Of a stretch of 64,000 nucleotides of DNA, positions 19,379 through 28,898 are shown one piece after another. A model generated the notes under the pieces. The model was not told where the DNA came from and made no database searches. It was given only the letters and a program-made list of their open reading frames with translations. Origin of the DNA: a virus. The position numbers and the translations under genes were made by a program. Where the stretch lies: the IMG/VR virus record IMGVR_UViG_3300037307_000721, one strand, 5' to 3'. Every line of letters starts with the position of its first letter. Positions within the stretch are counted from its first letter, which is position 1.

Positions 19379-19723
19379 CTACACCTCATCCTGCACGCCG
19401 TCGGTGACGGACATGAGCCAGTCCTGCACCACGTTCTGCGGCGGGATCACGACGACCGAACCTGGAGTCAGCACGATGGTCGGGTCGTTGATCGGCTCGG
19501 GCTGGTAGTCGGCGATGATCCACCAGAGCCTGGCCGGGTCTGGGAAGCCCTTGAAGTAGAACTGCGCCAGGTTCATCAGCGTGTCGCCGAGCTGAACCTT
19601 GTGCAAGGTCTCTCCGAGGCCGCCGACGTACCAGGGCCGCGGGCGCAGGCTGTAGTAGAGCACCGAGTCATCCGAGCGCCGGATGACCGTGGAGTGCTTG
19701 TACCGACTGTATTCGCCGTACAT
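19379..19723 (-). CDS. LysM / tail protein X-like
   Basis: HKVQLGDTLMNLAQFYF...LWWIIADYQ...LTPGSVVVIP. Confidence 0.88.
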   Translation of the reverse strand: MYGEYSRYKHSTVIRRSDDSVLYYSLRPRPWYVGGLGETLHKVQLGDTLMNLAQFYFKGFPDPARLWWIIADYQPEPINDPTIVLTPGSVVVIPPQNVVQDWLMSVTDGVQDEV

Positions 19724-19726
19724 GTG

Positions 19727-22700
19727 CTAGCCTCCACCGCCGCCCGCTGCCACGCTTCGACCGGCGCCCCACTGGCGCAGCAAGTACTCCTGAGCTTGCG
19801 TCGAGATCGACTCCTCTCCAATCTGGTTGTTGACGTTGATGTTGATCTTCTGGTTCTTGAGAAGCTCGTTCGTCGCCGCCGTGTTCGTCGCGATCGTCTG
19901 CAAGGTCCCCTGCGGTCCCTCGCCGCCCTTGGTCGGTGGCGGGACCGGCCCGGTGGCGGCGAGCATGGTCTCGGCGGTCGGAGCCTTGCGCCCGGCGCCG
20001 ATGTCGAGCCACTCAGCCCACTTCTTGATCGTGCCACTGAGGGCCGGCAGCTCGTACGCCATGGCGCCCTGGGCCTCGGTGATGGACTTGCCGGCGCCTG
20101 CCAGGTTTCGCGCTCCTTCGGGGCTCAGGAAGGGGACCGACTTCGACATCTCAGCCAGGGCTCTGACGGACTGGTCCGTGAGCTCCTTGGCCGGTATGCC
20201 GAGCATCTTGCGGAGCGCTGCAGTTTCCTGCTCCATGGCGACTTTCTTCTCGGCCGCAGCCGCCGCCGGACCCAAGCCCATCGGCGCCGTGATGTATGCC
20301 GACCTGGTACGCTCCTTCACGCTCTTGCCCGCTTCGGCAATCTGCGCCTGGAGCGCCACTCGCTTTGCCACCGGCATGGCGCCGATGTTGGCCATCCACT
20401 GCGTGAAGGCCATGACGGACATGCCCGCTTTCTCGGCTTGCTTGGTCATCTGCATGAAGCCGATGCCCGTGATGTCCGAGACCTTCTCCTGAGCCGCCAT
20501 GTTCTTGCGCCGCGCCGCGGCCATCTCCTCGTTCGCGTTGACCTGCGCCTGGCGCATGCGCTTCTCGCTCTCCTCCTGTCGGTAGCCCATCAGGGTGAAG
20601 ACCGTCGACATGGCCTTGCTCTCCTTCAGACCGCCGGTGAAGGAGGCGTTGACCTGGTCCAGGCCCTTGACGAAGTCCTTCTCGTGGGGGAACGCGCCCT
20701 TGAAGGCCAGCGTGACGAAGTTCATCGCCTGCTGGGCGTCAGCCATCTCCTTTTTGCTGACGTCCATGCCCGCGGCGTAGCGCTCGCGAACCAAGTTCAC
20801 TTTCGAGATTCGCTCCTCCAGGACCTTCATGCCGGCCTCGGTGAAACGACCGGTCTTGCGCAGCGCTTCCATGTGCGGCGTGAGCTGCCCGAAGATGCGC
20901 TCGGGTGCCACGGGGAGCTTGGCCTTCTCGACTGCCGCAGCGTCGCGGATCACGGAGGCGTAGGACGCCACCACGTCCTGGAGCACGCCCACGGACTGCT
21001 CACCGCGGCGCAGGGACTGCGCATAGATGCGGCTCGATTGCGCCAAGTCCACCTTGGCCGAGGCGACTTCCTTCGTGGCCTTGTAGCCGTACTCGCCGGC
21101 CAGGAACTTGACGCCCTCGATGGCGTCGGGCAGGAACTCGACGAGGGTCAGGATGAGACCGACAGGCCCCAGGAGGCTGCGCCAGAGGTTCTTTGCCGAG
21201 GAGCTCGCGAAGAGCAGCGACTTGCCGAGCCAGTTGGTTGGACCAACCGCCATGGCCGCCGTTCGCGCGTATGCCATGAGCTTGGTCGTCATGCCCATGA
21301 AGATCGCTCCGGCCATGGAACCCTCCTTCGTCAAGAAGGCCATGGCCGTGCCCGCGATTCGCCCAGCGGCACCAAGCGCCAGGAACGGGGTCAAGATGGT
21401 CAACGCGCCGACCCCGATGTTGACCATGAAGGCAAGGAGTACCTTGAAGACCTGCGCGAGAGCGCTTCCGGAATCCATCCAGCTGCGGAAGGCGTTGATG
21501 CCGCTCGCGATGCCTCCGACGATAGGCGACAGCGCGCTGGCCAGCGGCTGGAACGCCGTCACGAGGAGGTTGTTGATCGACTCGGACAGCCTCTCGATTT
21601 GCATCGAGAGAGGCTTCATCGCCTCCTCGTTCATCTGTTGCAGCAGCTCGCTGTTGTTCGCGATCTGGCTCATGATGTAGTCGTACGCATCCGCGCCGTA
21701 GCGAACAGCTCCACTCTGGTCGAGCACGCCTTTCACCATGCCCTGGATGTTGGCCATGATTGGCTTCACCGCCCGGTCGCCGAAAGCCAGGCGGATCTGG
21801 TTGGCCATGAACGTCCAGTTCTTGCCGTGCTTCACGGAGGCATCGGCGAGGCCGACCATGATGTCGCGCACGCTCGAGAACGCACCTCCCTGCGCCAGGG
21901 TCAAGCCCAGTCCAGCCTCGAGCTGCGCAATGTGCTTCGGGTCGGTGAGCCTGGCCATGGCCGTCTTCAAGCCTGTCGCCGCCTCGGACGCACCCAGACC
22001 GCCCTTGATGGCCATGAGGTAGGCTGGATAGATGTCGTCGAAGTTCGTGCCGACGAGCCCGGCGGCGACGCCGAGCTTGCCCATGCCCTCGCGGAGATCC
22101 TCCACCTGCACACCGACGGCGAGCGAGCCAGCTACGAGCTTGTTCAGCGTGGGCTCCAGCTCGTTGGCCCGGAGACGAAACGCGCCCATCGTGGTCGCCG
22201 CCAGGTCGGCCGCCTTGGTCACGTCCTTGCTCAGGTAGGTCTGAGCGAGCATGAGCACTGGCAGCATCGCCTCAGCCGTCGCCTTGGTGTCGCGCACGGC
22301 CAGATTCAACCGCTTGGCGGCCTCGATGGCCTCCGGCGGCGTGAACACGGTGTACTCGGCGGCCTGCATCGCCGCCTTGGTGAGAATCCCGATGTTCTCG
22401 GCGGTCAGGCCCGTAGAGACCTTGAGGTCCGTCTGCGCCTTCTCCAGCTCCATCGCTGGCTTCACCGCGCCAGCCAGGAGCCTGGCGGCCTGCTTGACCA
22501 CGATGAGCGCGTTGTACGCGCCTGCGAGCTCCTTGAGGGAGCCCTTGCCCGCCTTGGCCGCGTTGCTCACGTTGTTGATGCTGCCGGCCATCTGGTTGTT
22601 GCCGCCCGTGACCGCCGCGGCGATCGGCTGCAACGACGCAGCGATCTGCGCGCCCATGGTCTGCATCTGAGCGAACAGGGCGTTCAGGGCCGGCCCCTGC

Positions 22701-22837
22701 TTGATCGAACTGGAGGCCATGTTGGCGAAGGCCTTCTCCACGTTCTTGAGAGAGGCCGTCACCTTGTTGGCCACCGGCGTCAACGCATCGACGCCGCTGA
22801 AGGTGAAGGTGATGGTATGAGAGACGTTCCTTGCCAT
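19727..22837 (-). CDS. Tail tape measure protein
   Basis: 1036 aa Ala-rich helical protein with TP901-type core (GLGASEAATGLKTAM, LAFGDRA) and a central hydrophobic stretch. Follows the chaperone genes. Confidence 0.92.
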   Translation of the reverse strand: MARNVSHTITFTFSGVDALTPVANKVTASLKNVEKAFANMASSSIKQGPALNALFAQMQTMGAQIAASLQPIAAAVTGGNNQMAGSINNVSNAAKAGKGSLKELAGAYNALIVVKQAARLLAGAVKPAMELEKAQTDLKVSTGLTAENIGILTKAAMQAAEYTVFTPPEAIEAAKRLNLAVRDTKATAEAMLPVLMLAQTYLSKDVTKAADLAATTMGAFRLRANELEPTLNKLVAGSLAVGVQVEDLREGMGKLGVAAGLVGTNFDDIYPAYLMAIKGGLGASEAATGLKTAMARLTDPKHIAQLEAGLGLTLAQGGAFSSVRDIMVGLADASVKHGKNWTFMANQIRLAFGDRAVKPIMANIQGMVKGVLDQSGAVRYGADAYDYIMSQIANNSELLQQMNEEAMKPLSMQIERLSESINNLLVTAFQPLASALSPIVGGIASGINAFRSWMDSGSALAQVFKVLLAFMVNIGVGALTILTPFLALGAAGRIAGTAMAFLTKEGSMAGAIFMGMTTKLMAYARTAAMAVGPTNWLGKSLLFASSSAKNLWRSLLGPVGLILTLVEFLPDAIEGVKFLAGEYGYKATKEVASAKVDLAQSSRIYAQSLRRGEQSVGVLQDVVASYASVIRDAAAVEKAKLPVAPERIFGQLTPHMEALRKTGRFTEAGMKVLEERISKVNLVRERYAAGMDVSKKEMADAQQAMNFVTLAFKGAFPHEKDFVKGLDQVNASFTGGLKESKAMSTVFTLMGYRQEESEKRMRQAQVNANEEMAAARRKNMAAQEKVSDITGIGFMQMTKQAEKAGMSVMAFTQWMANIGAMPVAKRVALQAQIAEAGKSVKERTRSAYITAPMGLGPAAAAAEKKVAMEQETAALRKMLGIPAKELTDQSVRALAEMSKSVPFLSPEGARNLAGAGKSITEAQGAMAYELPALSGTIKKWAEWLDIGAGRKAPTAETMLAATGPVPPPTKGGEGPQGTLQTIATNTAATNELLKNQKININVNNQIGEESISTQAQEYLLRQWGAGRSVAAGGGGG

Positions 22838-23007
22838 CAGCGCCTTCTCATGGCCCTTTTCTGAGCCTGAATCTCCTGGGTCCGATGCTCGTCCAGGAGC
22901 TCAGCGAGCACGTCGCGTTGCCCCACCGAGAGCTCCATCCACTCCTGCCACGACAGCAGCAGGCTACTGAGCTCCGGGGGCTGCAGGCTCAGAGCGAAAT
23001 GGTACAT
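22837..23007 (-). CDS. Tail assembly chaperone, downstream (T-like) reading frame
   Basis: 56 aa from ATG 23007, overlapping the upstream TGA by 1 nt. The frame is open well upstream and is -1 relative to 23007-23759. Confidence 0.65.
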   Translation of the reverse strand: MYHFALSLQPPELSSLLLSWQEWMELSVGQRDVLAELLDEHRTQEIQAQKRAMRRR

Positions 23008-23759
23008 CAGCCATTCTCGCTCTGAGGCAAATTGGCAAAACGCTTGCGGCTCGAAAAGAACCCCGCTTCGAAAGGGAGGACGACTTGCTGGGCCTTGAAG
23101 CACGATGGGCACTCGATGTCGAACATCGTGTCCACGCCGCCCTCCAGCTCGTCGGTCACGTTCCAGAGGTGGTCGGCCTGCTTGGCCTCGAAGTCTTCCA
23201 CGACCGCCAGCACGTCCCGCCAGTGCGTCTTGCCGTCGACCTCGACGATGCGCCGAGCCAGATGGTAGGTGAGGAACTTGGACTCGTCCTTGCCAGCTAG
23301 GTTGGCGAAGAACTCCTCGTCGGCGCCCGTGAGCAGCCGGCACTTGATGTGCCGACCGTCGGGGAGCGGCACGAGCAACGGCTCGTTGCTCTTCACGTGC
23401 TGCCGTCCCTCGTTGGAGACGGGCTTCACGTCGAGCTGCGTCAGGTCTACGGTCCAGACGAAGTGGTGGCGACAGGCGCCGCAGGTCACGCGGAAGTCGT
23501 ACTTCTCGCCGTAGGAAGCGATTCGCAGCTGCAGAAGCAGGTAGGTGCGATCGGCCGAGAGCAGGTTGCCCCAGTCCGGCTTGGTCCCGTTGATCATGTA
23601 GGGGCCGGGATCGCGGGTCTCGAGCCAGCAGGCGTCGAGGATGGCCGAGATGACGCGCCCGGCCTTGACCAGCTTACGATCCGTGAAGAGCTGCTCGTCC
23701 TTGACCTTCATGCCGCGGAGGACACCGCGGAGCCCGGATGGGCAGGAAACCTCGAACAT
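23007..23759 (-). CDS. Tail assembly chaperone (G-like; T4 gp26-like with two CxxC pairs)
   Basis: LLSADRTYLLLQLRIASYG, CGAC and CPSC motifs. Sits between tube and tape measure. Confidence 0.8.
   Translation of the reverse strand: MFEVSCPSGLRGVLRGMKVKDEQLFTDRKLVKAGRVISAILDACWLETRDPGPYMINGTKPDWGNLLSADRTYLLLQLRIASYGEKYDFRVTCGACRHHFVWTVDLTQLDVKPVSNEGRQHVKSNEPLLVPLPDGRHIKCRLLTGADEEFFANLAGKDESKFLTYHLARRIVEVDGKTHWRDVLAVVEDFEAKQADHLWNVTDELEGGVDTMFDIECPSCFKAQQVVLPFEAGFFSSRKRFANLPQSENG
23070..23076 (-). other. Candidate -1 ribosomal slippery heptamer C CCT TTC
   Basis: X XXY YYZ pattern in the chaperone frame. A -1 shift enters the frame ending at 22837. Confidence 0.5.
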
Positions 23760-23786
23760 GTCTCTTTACCTCCATCTGTACCTCGG

Positions 23787-23815
23787 GGGGCCCAGGTCCT
23801 ACGGACCGGGGCCCC
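23787..23815. other. GC-rich stem-loop downstream of the tail tube gene
   Basis: GGGGCCC-A-GGTCC tac GGACC-G-GGGCCCC, 12 bp with one mismatch, no U-tract. Confidence 0.6.
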
Positions 23816-23842
23816 GTCTGTTGGTGACCGGTCCGACCTCAT

Positions 23843-24337
23843 CTACTCGATGAGCTCGAACCAGTCGAAGGTGAGCGTCATGGACTCGATCACGACCTCG
23901 TCGGCCGTGTTGTCCCACTCACCCGCGATGAACTTCTGCACCCAGCAGTTGTAGCAGCGGAAGACGCGAAGCTGGGTCTCCCCGTCGCGGTCGAGCTGGA
24001 TGATGTCGATGTCGTCGAGGTAGCCCGGCGTGGGATAGCCAGAGCCGCGCGTCGGGAACTTGCCCACCGTCGCGTTGCACACGGCGAGCGACCAGTCGTA
24101 GAACTTCCGCGACGTGGACGCCCCGCGCTCGAGGGTGACATCGGCCATGGTGACGCGGCCGGGCACCTTCCACGGGATCATGCTCCCGCCCTCCCAGTAC
24201 TCGATCTTGGCGACCTCGTAGGAGAGCTCGGAGCACTTCTGGAAGCCCGCGGACATGTCCGGTTCCACGTTCACGAGGAACTGGTGCTTCGGGAAAAGCT
24301 CGCGCTGGTTGCCGAGCATCTTGATGTCTGAAGCCAT
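23843..24337 (-). CDS. Tail tube protein (T4 gp19 family)
   Basis: GFQKCSELSYEVAKIEYWEGG...KVPG...DVTLERG, FIAGEWD...IESMTLTFD. Confidence 0.93.
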   Translation of the reverse strand: MASDIKMLGNQRELFPKHQFLVNVEPDMSAGFQKCSELSYEVAKIEYWEGGSMIPWKVPGRVTMADVTLERGASTSRKFYDWSLAVCNATVGKFPTRGSGYPTPGYLDDIDIIQLDRDGETQLRVFRCYNCWVQKFIAGEWDNTADEVVIESMTLTFDWFELIE

Positions 24338-24410
24338 CTTCTTGACCTCCGTTCCGAGGGCCTATACGGCCCAAGGAGCTGTCGTTACCTCGATTCGAGC
24401 TCCCGTGCTC

Positions 24411-26669
24411 CTACGTGCCGAACAGCTCCGCCTCGAGCGCCCGGGTGTCCTTGGTGACCTTGATGATGATGAACTCGGCCGGCGACGCCGTCGCCAGACC
24501 GACGCGGATGACCAGCTGTCCGGAGCGCTGCACGGACGGCGGGTTGAGCGCATCGCTGGTGTCGACGAAGAACGCGGTGTCCGGCGTGTTCGAGGCGAAG
24601 GCGCCCTTGCGCATCCAGCCGTGGAGCAAGGAGTAGACCTCCTTGTTCACCTGCTGGCGCAGCGTCGGCGTGTTGTTGCGATGCCGGACCCACTGCAGGC
24701 CGTTGACCAGCAACGCCTCGATGTAGCTCACGCCGCGGCGCTCGCCCACCGAGGGGAAGTTGCCATCGCCCTTGAGGGTTCGCGCGCCGTCGACGAAGAT
24801 GCCGTAGCCGCGCAGGTAGGTGATCGGATTGATGCGCTTCGGGAAGACCAGGTCGCGCTTCTCCTCGAACTTGACCTCGTCGGTCTCGAGGCCCACGACC
24901 CCGTACGGCTTGCCGCCCTCGGTGCCGGCGGGCTGGAAGAAGGGACCCTCGGTGTAGGTCCGGTCGTTGCGCGCCATGATGCCGGCGATGTACCCCGACG
25001 GGCACACGTTGATCGTGAGCACGTTCGAGCCGTACACCGTCTTCGACGGGTTCGCGATGACCAGCCGCGGCCAGTAGAGCGCCGCCATCTCCGTCTTGCC
25101 CTCGGAACCGAGAGCGCTGAGCTGCGAGATGATGTCCTGGGCGTCGAGGTTGGCCTGCGGGTCGAGGATGGAGAAGACCAGCTTGGCTCGGTCGACCTCG
25201 CAGTACTGGATCATGGCCTTCTGGGTGTTGAGGTCGGTCGCGTCCGGCACGGCGAGGATGGTGATGTCGTCGGCCGCGTCGAAGGCGTAGAGGCCCGTCT
25301 TGGCCGACTTGTCGCCGATGTAGTCGTTGTAGTCCAGACCGGACAGCCCGTCGTCACCACTCGCCAGCGCGGAGCCGGAGGTGTTCGCCGGACGGCGCGT
25401 CGTCGGCGTTCCGGCCGCCCCGAGGTCCTCGGCCGTGATGTACCAGGAGCCGGAGTCCTCGTGGTTGACGACCGTCTCGACGTACCTCGTCGCGGTGTCA
25501 TCCATCGTCACGTTGGCGAAGCTCTCGATGACGTCCGTGCCCTTGAGCACCTGGAGGTTGAACTCCGAGGCCTCACCCGAGCTCGCCGCCGTGATCTTGA
25601 TCTTGAGCGAGTTGGCGTAGGCGCCCGGGGTCTTGCCCCAGAGCTTGAGGGTCGGCACGGCCGCGGTGTCCGTGCCGGAGTGCAGGGTGTTGTCCAGACC
25701 GAGCACGCCGTCGAGGGTCGAGCTGACCTGCACCTGCAAGGTGGCCGTGGAACCCGTGTCGACGGTGGCGATGTGCACCGCGCCCGAGGCCGAGGTCACG
25801 CTCACGCCACCGCCGTTGGTCCACGCCGCCTCGACGATGGTCTCGATCTCGGAGACGGTGACCGAACGAATGTTGGCCACGTTGCCCGTGCCCTGGACCT
25901 CGCTGGTCGAGAACTGAAGGTTCGGCGTGCCGCTGTTGGCCGTGCCGCCGGTGATCTCGACGTAGGAGCCCGTGCCCGCCTTGTCGCTCTCGATGGTAAC
26001 CTTGGTGCCGGCCGTGGTGACCTTCGCCTTGCCGCCATAGATGGCCTTGTTGATGGCCTGCGCGACTTCCTCGGCGGTGCCTGCCGCCGGAGTGCCGAAA
26101 TCGCTCGTCTGGAAGGTGACCGTCTGCACCGGGCCCTGGTCGATCTTGAGCGTGAGGGTCTCGCCACCGGTGGAGAAGTCGTAGGTCTCGGCCGTCGCGC
26201 ACTCGACAGCGGCGGGAGTGCCGGTGAAAGTCGCCGTCTGGTCGCCCAGCCCGTCGATGCTGCCGACCAGCGTGTCGCCAGACTGCATGAGGAACGGCCC
26301 GGTGACGGAGCCCGTGACCTCGGCGGCGCCCGGAGCCACCGCGTCCGTGTCGAGCTCGACGTAGCCCTGCTCGGCGGTGGCGGTGGCCTTGCTGCTCGGG
26401 TCGGTGAAGTGGCAGGTCCGCACCACGTAGCAGCGCTGACCACCGTTCAGGAAGTAGCCCCGCACGGCCAGGGCCAGCTCGTAGTCCTCGATGAAGCCAC
26501 CGAAGTACCTCTCGTACTCGGAGTACGCCGTGAGAAGGGTCGCCTCGGCGATGGGCCCACGCTCCGCTATGCCCTCGATGGCGAGAACGGCCGTGGGCAG
26601 CGTGGGAAAGCCGCGAATGGTGGGCTCTTCCTCGCTGATGATGATCTTTGATGCAAGCAGCTCTGGCAT
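24411..26669 (-). CDS. Contractile tail sheath protein
   Basis: AERGPI, LAVRGYFLNGGQRCYVVR, ALYWPRL, PSGYIAGI.AR.D, RINPI, DGARTL, GLATASPAEFIII. Confidence 0.96.
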   Translation of the reverse strand: MPELLASKIIISEEEPTIRGFPTLPTAVLAIEGIAERGPIAEATLLTAYSEYERYFGGFIEDYELALAVRGYFLNGGQRCYVVRTCHFTDPSSKATATAEQGYVELDTDAVAPGAAEVTGSVTGPFLMQSGDTLVGSIDGLGDQTATFTGTPAAVECATAETYDFSTGGETLTLKIDQGPVQTVTFQTSDFGTPAAGTAEEVAQAINKAIYGGKAKVTTAGTKVTIESDKAGTGSYVEITGGTANSGTPNLQFSTSEVQGTGNVANIRSVTVSEIETIVEAAWTNGGGVSVTSASGAVHIATVDTGSTATLQVQVSSTLDGVLGLDNTLHSGTDTAAVPTLKLWGKTPGAYANSLKIKITAASSGEASEFNLQVLKGTDVIESFANVTMDDTATRYVETVVNHEDSGSWYITAEDLGAAGTPTTRRPANTSGSALASGDDGLSGLDYNDYIGDKSAKTGLYAFDAADDITILAVPDATDLNTQKAMIQYCEVDRAKLVFSILDPQANLDAQDIISQLSALGSEGKTEMAALYWPRLVIANPSKTVYGSNVLTINVCPSGYIAGIMARNDRTYTEGPFFQPAGTEGGKPYGVVGLETDEVKFEEKRDLVFPKRINPITYLRGYGIFVDGARTLKGDGNFPSVGERRGVSYIEALLVNGLQWVRHRNNTPTLRQQVNKEVYSLLHGWMRKGAFASNTPDTAFFVDTSDALNPPSVQRSGQLVIRVGLATASPAEFIIIKVTKDTRALEAELFGT

Positions 26670-26717
26670 TGGTGCCTCCCAAGCTCTGACGCCTCTCGGC
26701 GAACTTTGGCTACCCTA

Positions 26718-27683
26718 TCACAAAGTTTTTGTTTCCACCAGAGTCCCGGTTAGTTTTTGCGTGCCTAGGGTGAATGTGCCCACGCCCCAAGCCCTGAGAT
26801 AGGGTGGCAGGTAGAGAATTGGTACTCTGCGAATTTCCAGCTTTGCTGCAAACGTGTGCAGGTTGGCGTTCATGATGCCGGCGCCGGGCGACGGGTCGTC
26901 CGTGACCACGATGGGCAGGCGCAGCCGACTTCCCTGGGGCACGTCGCCCGGCATGACCAGGTACGGGTTCCGCCAAAACACTTTGCGAATCGCCGACATG
27001 AGCGTTATGAACTCGGGCTGCGCGTCCGAGTGCCCCGTGACCGTGTAGGTCAAGGTGTGCATGATCGGATTGGGCCAGATGAGCGAGCTTCCGTCCTGCT
27101 GCTCCTCCTGGATGGCCTCGTTCTCCCAACCGTAGGCGTCCTCCTTGATGTCCGGGCCGAGCAGGTACACGGTAGGAATACCCGCCTGGGCGATGTCCAC
27201 ACCGTCCGGTGAGTAGTCCGTGTGCGTTCGCGGGCTCGTCAGGAGCAGCACCTCGCGCTTGAGCATGCGCAACACGGCGCGCGTGATACGGGTGATTGGG
27301 GACTCGTCCTCGAGCGTCGGTGGGCGCAGGTTCTCACGCTCGAACGTGTAGGCGCTGGCCCTTGTCGCCACCTCGCCCGGAATTGGGTCTAGGTTGTCAT
27401 CGAGGTTCTTGACCACGACGCTGACGGCCGGGAAGGTCTCCAGGTCCACATCCCCGGGGTACGCCGGCGTGATGACCTCGAGCGCGGTCTCGCTGTAGAC
27501 GTAGACCTTGGGGCACGGCTCGCCGTCGAAGAGCACTTGCACGTAGCACGGCGCGGCGCTGTTCGGGTTGCCACTTGGCGGAGGTGTGTACTGCCGAAAG
27601 TTCGTGCCGGTGATCGACACGAGGTGTCCGCCACCAGCGGGTCCGCTCGTAGAAGAGATGGCCGTGATCGTAGGGATGGCCAT
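26718..27683 (-). CDS. Tail terminator/completion-like protein with N-terminal IPT/TIG domain
   Basis: PTITAISSTSGPAGGGHLVSITGTNF is an IPT/TIG motif. Located directly before the sheath. Confidence 0.7.
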   Translation of the reverse strand: MAIPTITAISSTSGPAGGGHLVSITGTNFRQYTPPPSGNPNSAAPCYVQVLFDGEPCPKVYVYSETALEVITPAYPGDVDLETFPAVSVVVKNLDDNLDPIPGEVATRASAYTFERENLRPPTLEDESPITRITRAVLRMLKREVLLLTSPRTHTDYSPDGVDIAQAGIPTVYLLGPDIKEDAYGWENEAIQEEQQDGSSLIWPNPIMHTLTYTVTGHSDAQPEFITLMSAIRKVFWRNPYLVMPGDVPQGSRLRLPIVVTDDPSPGAGIMNANLHTFAAKLEIRRVPILYLPPYLRAWGVGTFTLGTQKLTGTLVETKTL

Positions 27684-27687
27684 CGCG

Positions 27688-28371
27688 TCAGCTCCCCTTC
27701 AGTCCAAGGCGCATGTCGAACATCGTTGCGACGAAGTCCGGCGCCCACTGCGCGATCTGGTCGAACGTCTGGCCCCAGATGGGTCTCGCCGGGATCCAGG
27801 TCGAGATGGTCTGGCCCGTGTACTGATGCGGCAGGTGCCCGCCGGAAGCGCGGCCGACAACCTGCCCGTACAGCACCCGCAGGTAGTGGCGCATGCGCAG
27901 GGTCACGGGGACCGTTCGCACGAACCCGGTCTCCTGGAGCGCCGCGATCCACGACAGCGGAATCGTCTGGCCTCCGGAGAAGGCTCCCTTGATTCCCGCG
28001 AGCACACCGACGACGAAGCGGAGCGGTGCCATCTTCTCGTAGTCGATCGCCTTGGCGAGCTCTCCACTACGACGAAGGGGCCGCGCCGACGGGTACGCCG
28101 GGATCGGCGGCCATACCTCGCCCTGCGTCTTGCCGATCCTGTACTTGCTGCGCGACCCGAACGCGAGAGGCGGCTGGGCCGAGCCCTGCGAGACGGCCGC
28201 GGACACCGATAGCGTCGCACGCTGTGCGAGCTCTTCGAGCACTTGCGACAGAGCGGACTTGGTCCGCTCGCGAATCGTCTTCGGAGTGGCCTGCGCCTCG
28301 GCCATGCCCTTCATCTCGAAGCGCAAGTCGATCGAGCCGATAGAACCCGTGACGAGCGTCGAGCTTGCCAT
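27688..28371 (-). CDS. Neck/tail completion protein (HK97 gp10 / virion morphogenesis-like)
   Basis: Start moved to ATG 28371 (overlaps the upstream TGA). PLRRSGELAKAI and IPARPIW motifs. Confidence 0.7.
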   Translation of the reverse strand: MASSTLVTGSIGSIDLRFEMKGMAEAQATPKTIRERTKSALSQVLEELAQRATLSVSAAVSQGSAQPPLAFGSRSKYRIGKTQGEVWPPIPAYPSARPLRRSGELAKAIDYEKMAPLRFVVGVLAGIKGAFSGGQTIPLSWIAALQETGFVRTVPVTLRMRHYLRVLYGQVVGRASGGHLPHQYTGQTISTWIPARPIWGQTFDQIAQWAPDFVATMFDMRLGLKGS

Positions 28372-28898
28372 CAGGTCACCTTCTCGCGATCGGCCAGGTA
28401 CGCCAGGTATAGGTCGGTCCCGTCGACGCCGAAGCCGAACGAGGCCGGCTGGAGCTCCACGATGTAGAGCCCAGGCGGGTCGATGTGCACCGTCGGTACG
28501 CGCGGCTGCTTGAAGGATTCGATCGCCGAGATACGATCGTTGACCTTCAGCAAGAGCTTCTTCGTGCTCTTGTCGACCAGCTTCAGGCGCTTGAGGTCTG
28601 TCCGATGAAAGACGAGCGTGAAGCCCGTCTGCGGATCGTCGCCGGGCGGCACCTGGGCCAGACGCTCGAACCTGATCATCTCGACCTGACAGGGGATGCG
28701 AATGGCAGGCAGCTCGCTGCGCGCGTTCTCGCGCACGGTCTTGCCTTGGCGCGTGGCGTCGTAGGTGACGGGCTCGCGAAAGTCCTTGTCGTAGCCACTC
28801 GTCTGTCCAGCGGGTTGAAGCGAGCGAGTCGCCGACGGATTCAGTCGATGAACCACCGCGAGCGACTTCTCGAGAACGAGTGGTACGCTGAAGGGCAT
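28371..28898 (-). CDS. Head closure (stopper)-like protein
   Basis: 175 aa. GYDKDFREP...LKVNDRI...LYIVELQP. Position fits. Confidence 0.65.
   Translation of the reverse strand: MPFSVPLVLEKSLAVVHRLNPSATRSLQPAGQTSGYDKDFREPVTYDATRQGKTVRENARSELPAIRIPCQVEMIRFERLAQVPPGDDPQTGFTLVFHRTDLKRLKLVDKSTKKLLLKVNDRISAIESFKQPRVPTVHIDPPGLYIVELQPASFGFGVDGTDLYLAYLADREKVT

Noticed and set aside
13852-27683. Extracellular contractile injection system / tailocin
   Set aside because: Portal, protease, scaffold, capsid, head-tail adaptors and a tape measure are present, so this is a phage.
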